DNA from: Pseudomonadota bacterium
GTDB taxonomy: Bacteria; Pseudomonadota; Alphaproteobacteria; MPNO01; UBA2964
NCBI GenBank assembly: GCA_027624735.1
Contig: JAQBTY010000003.1
Location: 1 to 39,462, forward strand
Length of the DNA: 39,462 bases
Direction: 5' to 3'
Shown here one piece after another: positions 17,976-26,117 of this stretch. The number at the start of each line of letters is the position of its first letter. The first letter of the stretch is position 1. A program made the translations under genes and the position numbers. The notes under the pieces are model-generated. The model ran no database searches and was not told the DNA's origin. It saw nothing but the letters and a program-made list of their open reading frames with translations.

Positions 17976-19079
17976 TCAGGCGCCCTCCGCCACGAAGCGG
18001 TCGAGATCCGCCGGGCCAAGACCGGCAAGCCCCATTTTCGCCAGCGTCAGCCCGGTTTCAGCATAGGGAATATCCATCAGCTGCGAACAGAGATGGATCA
18101 GCGCATCGATTGTAGGGGTTGCAACCCCCGCCAGATCGCCGAACGCGGCGAACGGCACCAGCCCATAACCAACGTCTTCATGCACATAACGGTGATTCAG
18201 GCTGGGCGGACTCATGATGGATTTATTAGGTTCGCTCTCGACGCAGGCGCGGGAGATATCGCCGCTGTCCAACGCTTCTTTCGTGGTCAGGCCGGCCTGA
18301 TAGAAATTTTCGAGAAAAGACGCGCTTGGCACACCCAGCGCCTTGGCCACCGCAAGCCGTTCGCGGTCCACTTCCGCCGTCACCCGACCGACCGCCGGCG
18401 TGATGCCTTCGCGGTAAAACAGAAAGTCGCCTCCGGTATCTTCTATCCAGCCCGCATTCATCAGCATACCGGGGGTGTGGAATACCGCGTTGATGTTTGT
18501 GAGCCCGGTTTCCAACACGCTGGAGCGGAGCACGATTTCGGGATAAAGCGGCTTGATGGCGGCAAAAAGCTCATCGGCATGCTTACCGGGAAAGGCGGCG
18601 AATTTGAGATTTTTCACATAGCTGAAAATATCCACCTCGGCCGGGCCGGTCTTGCGGCAGATATAGCTCAGCGTCACCCCTTCGCAGGTCTTCACGGCGT
18701 CGCGATACCCCGCCTCACGCAGGCTGTGGACGAAATGCAGTCCGCCGCCGGTATGGCCGGGATTGACGAAGACCGGCAGATCGGGAGTCAGAAAGGGCGC
18801 CAGCGCCTGGGCATAAAACCCGTGCGCGACCGAGGGCACCACCAGCATCACCAGGTCCGCGCCATGAACGGCGTCGGCCACGTCTGTGGTCATCAGATGG
18901 ACCGGTATCAGGCCGGTCTGCACGCCCTTGGCCAAAATGCCGCCCTGCGCCCGGATCGGGGCCAGGCTTTCTTCCCGCCTTGCGTGAAGCCGAACCTCCA
19001 AACCACGCCTGGTCAAATCCACCGCCGCGGCTAGCCCGCCGTGGCCCGCCCCCATGATCGCTACGCTGCGGATATCCAT
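17976..19079 (-). CDS. NAD/NADP-dependent octopine/nopaline (opine) dehydrogenase family protein
   Basis: GAGHGG, NPGHTGG, TLSYICR, NINAVFH, FYREGIT and HRYVHEDVGYGL. Confidence 0.9.
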   Translation of the reverse strand: MDIRSVAIMGAGHGGLAAAVDLTRRGLEVRLHARREESLAPIRAQGGILAKGVQTGLIPVHLMTTDVADAVHGADLVMLVVPSVAHGFYAQALAPFLTPDLPVFVNPGHTGGGLHFVHSLREAGYRDAVKTCEGVTLSYICRKTGPAEVDIFSYVKNLKFAAFPGKHADELFAAIKPLYPEIVLRSSVLETGLTNINAVFHTPGMLMNAGWIEDTGGDFLFYREGITPAVGRVTAEVDRERLAVAKALGVPSASFLENFYQAGLTTKEALDSGDISRACVESEPNKSIMSPPSLNHRYVHEDVGYGLVPFAAFGDLAGVATPTIDALIHLCSQLMDIPYAETGLTLAKMGLAGLGPADLDRFVAEGA

Positions 19080-19206
19080 CGTCTTGATGTCGCCTTGCTG
19101 TTGTTGGCCTGATCGATCTTTTCCGGCGACCGGTTCCGCAGTATTGTCGGATCAAACGTAAGACCTATCAACCCCGAGCCCGCAACCCTTCTGGAAAAAT
19201 CGACGC

Positions 19207-21597
19207 GTGACATCTGACCTGACCGAGACGGAGCTGCGCGACATGGCTGCGCGGCAACCACTGGAAATCCTGCTGGACGACGCCGGCCGCCTGCGCGATT
19301 CCGGACATGGCAGGCTGATTTCCTATTCGCGCAAGGTTTTTATCCCCCTGACCCATCTGTGTCGGGACGTTTGCCGCTACTGCACCTTCGCCCACCCACC
19401 GCGCGAAGGAGAAGCCGCGTATCTGTCGCCGGACCAGGTGCTGGCCATCGCCCGCACCGGGGCCAAAGCGGGCTGCAAGGAGGCGCTGTTCACGCTTGGC
19501 GACAAGCCGGAGCTGCGCTATCGCGCCGCGCGGGAAGCACTGGACGGTCTTGGCTTTGAGACCACGATTTCCTATCTGGCGGACATGTGCCGGCTGGTAT
19601 TCGAGGAAACCGGCCTGCTGCCCCACGCCAATCCCGGCGTGATGAATGCGGCGGAGCTCGCCGCCCTACGGGAGGTCACCGTATCGCAGGGCATCATGCT
19701 GGAGAGTACGTCTTCGCGGCTGTGCGAACCTGGCGGGCCGCATCATGGCTCGCCCGACAAGGATCCGGCGATCCGCCTCGCCACCATCGAGGAAGCCGGC
19801 CGCCAGCGCATCCCGTTCACCACCGGCATCCTGATCGGCATCGGCGAGACACGGGAGGAACGCCTCGATGCGCTGCTCAGCCTCCGCGCGTTGCATCGCA
19901 CCTACGGTCATATCCAGGAAATCATCATCCAGAATTTCCGCGCCAAGCCAGCAACCCAGATGGAAGGAGCAGCGGAGCCGGATCTCGAGGATCTCCTGTG
20001 GACCATCGCCATCGCCCGCCTCACCTTTGGCCCCAATATGAATATCCAGGCGCCGCCCAATCTCAGCCGTAGCGATTACCCCAAACTGATCGCCGCAGGG
20101 TTGAATGACTGGGGCGGAATTTCCCCGGTTACGCCGGATCACGTCAATCCCGAAGCGCCCTGGCCAGCGATAGACTCTTTGCGCGCCAACACAGAAGCAG
20201 CCGGCAAGCAGCTGGTTGAACGGCTGGCGGTCTATCCGGAATTCGCCCAGAACAGCGAGCAGTGGCAGGATTCGACTATCGCGCCCGCTATATTGCGGGC
20301 CATCGATTCGGACGGGTTGGCGCGGACCGAGGATTGGGCGCCGGGGCTGGACCTCCCCATTCCAATGATCGCCCCACCCACCGAAAGGACCGACCCCGCG
20401 ATAACGAAACTGCTGGATCGAGCCAGCGCCGGAAGTGCGCTGAGCGAGACCGACATTGTCCAACTGTTCCATGCCCGCGGCGCTGATTTCGACGCCGTGT
20501 GCAGGTCTGCCGATGCGCTGCGCCGCTCCATCGTCGGCGACCGCATCACCTATGCGGTCAACCGCAACATCAACTACACCAATATCTGCACCTATGGCTG
20601 CCGCTTCTGCGCTTTTTCGAAAGGCCCGCGACGGGAATCGCTGGGTGGCGTGCCCTATCTGCTCGATCTGCCGGAAATCGCCCGCCGCGCGGCCGAGGCG
20701 TGGGACCGCGGCGGCACAGAAGTCTGCATGCAGGGCGGCATCCATCCGAGCTTCACCGGCGACACCTACGTGGCGATCTGCGAGGCGGTCAAACAAGCCG
20801 CGCCCGACATCCATATTCACGCCTTTTCACCGCTCGAAGTCTCGCAGGGCGCGGCGACGCTGGGTATATCGGTCCCCGCCTTCCTCGACAGGCTGCGCGC
20901 CGCGGGGCTAGGCTCGCTGCCCGGTACCGCGGCGGAAATCCTGGACGACGATGTCCGGGCGGTGCTGTGCCCCGACAAGCTTTCGACAGCGGAGTGGCTA
21001 TCGGTAATCGAAAGCGCCCATGAGGCAGGATTCAAAACCACCGCCACCATCATGTTCGGCCATATGGACTCACCGGCCTCCTGGGCGCGGCATCTGATCG
21101 CCATCCGGGATCTGCAGAAACGAACCGGCGGCTTCACCGAATTCGTACCCCTGCCGTTTGTCCATATGGAAGCGCCGCTTTACCGCAAGGGCCAGGCCCG
21201 GCGCGGACCGACCTTCCGCGAGACCGTGCTGATGCATGCGGTGGCGCGGCTGGCGCTTCATCCGCACATAACCAATATCCAGACTTCGTGGGTCAAGCTC
21301 GGCGCCGCCGGCGCAAAAGCCTGTCTCGAAGCGGGCGCCAATGATCTCGGCGGGTCACTGATGAATGAGAGCATCACCCGGGCGGCGGGGACAGAACACG
21401 GTCAGGAATTTGCACCGACTGCCATGGAACAGGCAATCCGGGATCTCGGCCGCGAGCCATGGCACAGAACGACACTCTATGGCGATGCTTCGGCGGAGCG
21501 GCGGCTGGCGGCAAGAAACGCACCGCCGCTGGTCGATCTGCTCATCACGAGGGTTCCGGCAAAGACGGGGATGCGCACAGCCCCGGCCGTGGCTTAG
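19207..21597 (+). CDS. fbiC: Bifunctional FO synthase (CofG-CofH fusion), radical SAM
   Basis: Two CxxxCxxC motifs (CRDVCRYC and CTYGCRFC). CofG motifs YSRKVFIPLT, GSPDK and DHVNPEAPWP; CofH motifs NRNINYTN, PGTAAEILDD and QTSWVKLG. Confidence 0.95.
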   Translation: MTSDLTETELRDMAARQPLEILLDDAGRLRDSGHGRLISYSRKVFIPLTHLCRDVCRYCTFAHPPREGEAAYLSPDQVLAIARTGAKAGCKEALFTLGDKPELRYRAAREALDGLGFETTISYLADMCRLVFEETGLLPHANPGVMNAAELAALREVTVSQGIMLESTSSRLCEPGGPHHGSPDKDPAIRLATIEEAGRQRIPFTTGILIGIGETREERLDALLSLRALHRTYGHIQEIIIQNFRAKPATQMEGAAEPDLEDLLWTIAIARLTFGPNMNIQAPPNLSRSDYPKLIAAGLNDWGGISPVTPDHVNPEAPWPAIDSLRANTEAAGKQLVERLAVYPEFAQNSEQWQDSTIAPAILRAIDSDGLARTEDWAPGLDLPIPMIAPPTERTDPAITKLLDRASAGSALSETDIVQLFHARGADFDAVCRSADALRRSIVGDRITYAVNRNINYTNICTYGCRFCAFSKGPRRESLGGVPYLLDLPEIARRAAEAWDRGGTEVCMQGGIHPSFTGDTYVAICEAVKQAAPDIHIHAFSPLEVSQGAATLGISVPAFLDRLRAAGLGSLPGTAAEILDDDVRAVLCPDKLSTAEWLSVIESAHEAGFKTTATIMFGHMDSPASWARHLIAIRDLQKRTGGFTEFVPLPFVHMEAPLYRKGQARRGPTFRETVLMHAVARLALHPHITNIQTSWVKLGAAGAKACLEAGANDLGGSLMNESITRAAGTEHGQEFAPTAMEQAIRDLGREPWHRTTLYGDASAERRLAARNAPPLVDLLITRVPAKTGMRTAPAVA

Positions 21598-21619
21598 TGT
21601 CTAAACAAGGATCAAGGGA

Positions 21620-22327
21620 ATGACGGAGACACTACCGGCAATCGCCGTGCTGGGGGGAACGGGCAGTGAAGGATGGGGGCTGGCGCTGCGCTGGGCCGAC
21701 GCCGGATATTCCGTGATCATCGGATCGCGCTCGGCTGAGCGCGCACAGGAAGCCGCCGCCGCCATCGATGTTGAGCTGACCGGCCGGCCGGTGCGCGCAG
21801 GGGTCGACCGCCTCTCCGCGCGCGGCATGGCTAATACCGAAGCGGCCAAGGCGTGCCAAGTCGCTGTTCTCACCGTCCCCTTCGACGCCCAGAAATCCAC
21901 GGTGGAGGAAGTCCGGGGCGCGCTTAAGGGAAAGATCCTGGTCGATGTCACGGTGCCCTTGGTCCCGCCCAAAGTGCTGCGGGTTCAACTGCCCAACGGC
22001 GGCTCCGCCGTTGCCGCCATACAGGATATGCTGGGAGAGGAGATCCGCGTGGTGTCCGCGTTCCAAAATATCGCCGCGGCGCATCTGAAGGACCTCGATC
22101 ATGGCATCGATTGCGACGTGCTGGTTTGCGGCGACAACAAAGCGGCACGCGAGGAGATTATCAAGCTTGCCACGGATGCCGGCATGCGCGCCTGGCACGG
22201 CGGGCCCATCGCGAACTCAGCGGTGGCCGAGGCGCTGACATCGGTCTTGCTGTTCATCAATCGCAATTACGGTATCGACGGGTCCGGTTTCAAGATAACC
22301 GGCACGCCCAGCAAGGATAAGGCGTGA
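21620..22327 (+). CDS. npdG: NADPH-dependent F420 reductase (F420H2:NADP+ oxidoreductase, Fno)
   Basis: IAVLGGTG.EG.GLALRWA, IIGSRS, VDVTVPL, VVSAFQNI and DCDVLVCGD. Located inside the F420 operon. Confidence 0.92.
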   Translation: MTETLPAIAVLGGTGSEGWGLALRWADAGYSVIIGSRSAERAQEAAAAIDVELTGRPVRAGVDRLSARGMANTEAAKACQVAVLTVPFDAQKSTVEEVRGALKGKILVDVTVPLVPPKVLRVQLPNGGSAVAAIQDMLGEEIRVVSAFQNIAAAHLKDLDHGIDCDVLVCGDNKAAREEIIKLATDAGMRAWHGGPIANSAVAEALTSVLLFINRNYGIDGSGFKITGTPSKDKA

Positions 22328-23142
22328 CGCCCGAGATGGATACTGCACACCCTCACTCTGACGTGAATGTACCTGCCAGACTGTCCGTCACGGCGCTTGG
22401 CGGCATCCCGCTTATTAAACCTGGAGACGATCTTGTTCAGATCATCCTGGATGCGCTGGACGGGATGGGCGACCGGTTGGAAGATGGTGACATTCTGGTC
22501 CTGGCGCAAAAAATCGTCTCCAAATCCGAAGGCCGCATCGTCGATCTGGAAAGCGTGACGCCGTCCGCCAGGGCCTTAGAGGTTGCCGAACAGGTGGACA
22601 AGGACCCCCGTCTGGTCGAACTGATCCTGTCGGAGGCAACGGAGATCGTGCGCCACCGCAAGGGTGTGCTGGTGGTCGCCCATCGTTGTGGGGTCGTGCT
22701 GGCAAACGCCGGCATCGACCGGTCCAACGTGGATCAGGCGGTCGGGGGAACGGATACCAACGTCCTGCTGCTGCCGGAAGATTCCGACGCCTCCTGTGCG
22801 AGGCTGCGGCAGGATTTCCAGAACCGCGCCGGCGTGACGATCGGGATCATCATAAACGACAGCCTGGGACGGGCATGGCGCAACGGCACGGTGGGCGCCG
22901 CCATCGGCGCTGCCGGGATCGAGGCGCTGCTAGATCTCAATGGCGAACCCGATCTGTTCGACCGGCCGCTGCAAAGCACTCAGGTGGGGCTGGCCGACGA
23001 GTTGGCGGCAACCGCATCGTTGGTTATGGGGCAGGCGGGCGAAGGCCGTCCGGTAGTACTGATCCGGGGCCTTGAACGCGGACATGGCCAGGGTCGCGCC
23101 GCCGATCTGGTCCGGCCACGGGATCAGGACTTGTTCCGGTGA
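22324..23142 (+). CDS. cofE: Coenzyme F420-0:gamma-L-glutamate ligase (stand-alone CofE)
   Basis: PLIKPGDDL, QKIVSKSEGR, ANAGIDRSN, LLPED.D.S, DSLGRAWRNG and ADELA. GTGA overlap with npdG. Confidence 0.93.
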   Translation: MTPEMDTAHPHSDVNVPARLSVTALGGIPLIKPGDDLVQIILDALDGMGDRLEDGDILVLAQKIVSKSEGRIVDLESVTPSARALEVAEQVDKDPRLVELILSEATEIVRHRKGVLVVAHRCGVVLANAGIDRSNVDQAVGGTDTNVLLLPEDSDASCARLRQDFQNRAGVTIGIIINDSLGRAWRNGTVGAAIGAAGIEALLDLNGEPDLFDRPLQSTQVGLADELAATASLVMGQAGEGRPVVLIRGLERGHGQGRAADLVRPRDQDLFR

Positions 23143-24089
23143 TCCTCGCGCTGGCGGGCGGTGTGGGCGGCGCCAAGCTGGCCCACGGGCTGGTCCGAAT
23201 TCTTTCCCCGGACGGGTTGGTGATCGCCGTCAATACAGGAGACGATTTCGAGCATCTGGGGCTGCATATCTCGCCCGATCTCGATTCGGTCATGTACAAG
23301 CTTGCCGGTCTCAACGACACCGAACGCGGCTGGGGTCTCGCGGACGAGAGCTGGCATTTCATGGAAGCGCTGGCGCGGCTGGAGGGGGAAACCTGGTTCA
23401 ATCTGGGCGACAGGGATCTCGCCACCCATGTGGAACGGACGCGCAGGCTTGCAGCGGGCGAAACACTGTCCCATATCACAGCGGCTCTGTGCGGCGCGCT
23501 CGGCATAGAACACAGAATCGTTCCCATGACCGATTCCGCCGTCCACACCATGGTCACGACAGAGGCCGGCACCATACCCTTTCAGGATTATTTCGTGCGC
23601 CTTCGTTGTGAGCCTGTTGTAACCGGGTTTAGTTTCGCTGGCGCGGAAAGCGCCCGCCCTACTCCGGCCTTTACGGCGGCGCTGAAATCGGCAGATCTTT
23701 CTGCCATCGTGATTTGCCCCTCCAACCCCTATGTCAGCATCGACCCGATCCTGAGCCTGGCTGACGTAGCCGCTGCCCTTGAAGGGCGCCGTGTTCCCTT
23801 GGTCGCCGTATCACCGATCATCGGCGGCGGCGCCATAAAGGGCCCAGCGGCAAAAATGATGGCCGAGCTTGGCCTGCAACCGTCGGCGGCTTCTATCGCC
23901 TCACACTACGGTAGGCGACTAGACGGCCTGGTTATCGATCAGACCGATGGAGCGCTCGCGCCCAAGATCGAAGCCATGGGAATTCCGACACATGTCGCGC
24001 AAACCATTATGAAAAGCGCCGATGACGAGCGAACGCTCGCACAAGAAGTCTTGACCTTCGCCGCCTCGTTAAACGTCAGATCAAAATGA
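23139..24089 (+). CDS. cofD: 2-phospho-L-lactate / phosphoenolpyruvate transferase
   Basis: LAGGVGGAKL, NTGDDF..GLHISPDLD, WFNLGDRD.ATH, PSNPYVSI.PIL and KGPAAKMM. GTGA overlap with cofE. Confidence 0.95.
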   Translation: MILALAGGVGGAKLAHGLVRILSPDGLVIAVNTGDDFEHLGLHISPDLDSVMYKLAGLNDTERGWGLADESWHFMEALARLEGETWFNLGDRDLATHVERTRRLAAGETLSHITAALCGALGIEHRIVPMTDSAVHTMVTTEAGTIPFQDYFVRLRCEPVVTGFSFAGAESARPTPAFTAALKSADLSAIVICPSNPYVSIDPILSLADVAAALEGRRVPLVAVSPIIGGGAIKGPAAKMMAELGLQPSAASIASHYGRRLDGLVIDQTDGALAPKIEAMGIPTHVAQTIMKSADDERTLAQEVLTFAASLNVRSK

Positions 24090-24712
24090 GACTGTTTGCC
24101 GTCATTCCGGTCAAACCGTTCGCGGAGGGCAAGTCTCGGCTCAAAAATATCCTGTCCGATACGGCACGGCGTGATCTCAATTTTCGTATGTTCGAGCACG
24201 TCCTCACCGTAGCCGCTTCGATGATCGGCGCAGCCAACACCATCGTCGTAAGTGCCGATCAGACCGCGCTGGCCCTGGCCCGTGACCACGGCGCGACAAC
24301 CGTTCGCGAAGCAACGCGCACCGGGCTGAACGCCGCCCTGAAAGTGGGTGCGGAGAAGGCGGCGGCGCGCGGCGCGGATGCGATTCTGATCCTGCCCACG
24401 GACCTCCCCACGCTGTCACAGGACGATTTAGAGGCGCTTTTAGACTGCGCGAAGATTCCGCCGTGCGTCATTATCGCCCCCGACCGATCGAACCGGGGCA
24501 CCAACGCGCTTTTGATATCCCCGCCAGATGCGATCGGGTTCTCCTTTGGACCCGATAGTTTCTCCGCACACCAGGCGGCCGCCCACGCCATCCCCGTTAA
24601 GCCGGTGCCGGTGCACCGCGACGGGCTGGCATTCGATATCGACACGCCGGAAGATTATCAACAGCTTGAAAGACAGGGATGGGATGCTATTCGCTCTGTA
24701 GCAGGCAATTGA
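24086..24712 (+). CDS. cofC: 2-phospho-L-lactate / phosphoenolpyruvate guanylyltransferase (CofC/FbiD)
   Basis: IPVK....KSRL, GLNAA, DLP, APDR...GTNAL, FGPDSF..H and DIDTPED. ATGA overlap with cofD. Confidence 0.93.
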   Translation: MRLFAVIPVKPFAEGKSRLKNILSDTARRDLNFRMFEHVLTVAASMIGAANTIVVSADQTALALARDHGATTVREATRTGLNAALKVGAEKAAARGADAILILPTDLPTLSQDDLEALLDCAKIPPCVIIAPDRSNRGTNALLISPPDAIGFSFGPDSFSAHQAAAHAIPVKPVPVHRDGLAFDIDTPEDYQQLERQGWDAIRSVAGN

Positions 24713-24789
24713 AGGGTAGCGAAAACGACAAATTTATGGGGGAATAGACCCGCTCTGCTCCCTCAACCGCCTGATTTTGGAACCACCCG

Positions 24790-25944
24790 ATGAAATTAGC
24801 CTCCTGTAAGACCTATCGCGTTGCCGTCCCGACCCGGCGGGCCCATACCTGGGCCAGCAAGATGGACACACCGATCGGTCATCATGCCATTGTCAAACTG
24901 GAGGCCGACGACAGCACCATCGGCTGGGGAGAATCCCCCGCGGGCGAGACCTGGGGCGGCTCCGATATGCGCTATTACGGCGAATCGCCGGAAACCGTGT
25001 GTCATATGATTGAAACCCATCTTTTCCCCGCCATTCAGGGTATGTCACCGTTTCAGATCGCCAACATTCACGCACGCATGGACCGCGTGGTGAAAGGCCA
25101 TCCCTATGCCAAGGCAGCGCTCGACATCGCGATCTACGATCTTGCCGGCAAGGCGTCGGGCCGACCGGTATGCGAACTGCTGGGCGGCGATTTCCGCGAC
25201 AGCATCGAGGTGACTCATTCGCTTGGCATCATGCCCATCGACCAATGCATCGAGGAAGCAAAGCTGGCTGTGGCGGAAGGCATAACAACGATCAAATGCA
25301 AGACCGGACTGGACCCTGAGCGCGATGTAGAGATCGTCCGGCGGCTGCGCGAAGAGGTCAGCCGGACCGTCAAGATCCGGGTCGATGCCAACGAGGCGTA
25401 CCCCTCCGTCAGCGCGGCGGTCAGCGTCACCCGTGCGCAAGCGGCCTACGGTGTCTTTATCTGCGAACAACCGCTGATGGGCGCTGAAATGCTGGCCCGC
25501 GTCGCCGAGCGCATCGACATTCCGGTGATGGCGGACGAATCCGCCTGGACGGTGCATGACATTATCGAGCTGTACAATCTGCGCGCCGCCGAGTGTTTTT
25601 CCTGCTACGTCACCAAACCGGGCGGGCTATATCGCGCCAAGCAGCAGGGCGATATAGCCCATGCGCTGCACATGTATTGCGATATCGGCGGATCGGTCGA
25701 GCTTGGCATCGGCAACGCCGCCAATCTGCACCTGGGGGCCGCCCTGGAAAATGCCTATTTGCCAAGCGTTTGCCCGGTATCCAAGCCAAAAGGGGCGGCG
25801 GGCCCGGATATCGCGGGCAACTACTACCTCGACGATATCGTCACCGAGCCCTTCAAGTTCGAAGGCGGACGCGTATACCGCCCGCTTGGGCCGGGTCTGG
25901 GGATTGAGGTCGACGAAGACAAGATCGCGACCTACTCCCTATAA
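24790..25944 (+). CDS. Enolase superfamily, muconate lactonizing enzyme (MLE) subgroup (cycloisomerase or racemase)
   Basis: GWGE, AKAALDIAIYDL, KxK motif (KCK), metal ligands in DANE / EQP / DES, second Lys in TKPGG, and GPGLGIEVDE. Confidence 0.85.
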   Translation: MKLASCKTYRVAVPTRRAHTWASKMDTPIGHHAIVKLEADDSTIGWGESPAGETWGGSDMRYYGESPETVCHMIETHLFPAIQGMSPFQIANIHARMDRVVKGHPYAKAALDIAIYDLAGKASGRPVCELLGGDFRDSIEVTHSLGIMPIDQCIEEAKLAVAEGITTIKCKTGLDPERDVEIVRRLREEVSRTVKIRVDANEAYPSVSAAVSVTRAQAAYGVFICEQPLMGAEMLARVAERIDIPVMADESAWTVHDIIELYNLRAAECFSCYVTKPGGLYRAKQQGDIAHALHMYCDIGGSVELGIGNAANLHLGAALENAYLPSVCPVSKPKGAAGPDIAGNYYLDDIVTEPFKFEGGRVYRPLGPGLGIEVDEDKIATYSL

Positions 25945-26117
25945 GCCGATAAATCGCTGGCAGCCGTAATCAGGCCCTACTGATCATGGTGCGACTTTAT
26001 TAACCCCAATTTGGCAGTATTGGCGGCTTTCCGCGCGAAGGAAACTTCGCAAAATTCGTCTGCCCTGAGATAGGGACGCTATATTATCTTTGTTTATCAA
26101 ATGGTTATGATCAGCCA

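Noticed and set aside
17868-20820. Long antisense ORFs (17868..19034 +, 19666..20820 -; likewise 11405..12436 -, 16724..17635 +, 1822..2694 +)
   Set aside because: Shadow frames of well-supported genes, expected from high-GC codon bias; no recognisable motifs.
24790-25944. Idea that the enolase-superfamily gene supplies PEP or 2-phospholactate for CofC
   Set aside because: Motifs are of the MLE subgroup (KxK, D/E/D, K), not glycolytic enolase; nothing indicates phosphorylated substrates.
26035-26050. Small hairpin GCGAAG-GAAA-CTTCGC downstream of the enolase gene
   Set aside because: 6-bp stem, about 90 bp from the stop and with no U-tract on the plus strand; too weak to call a terminator.
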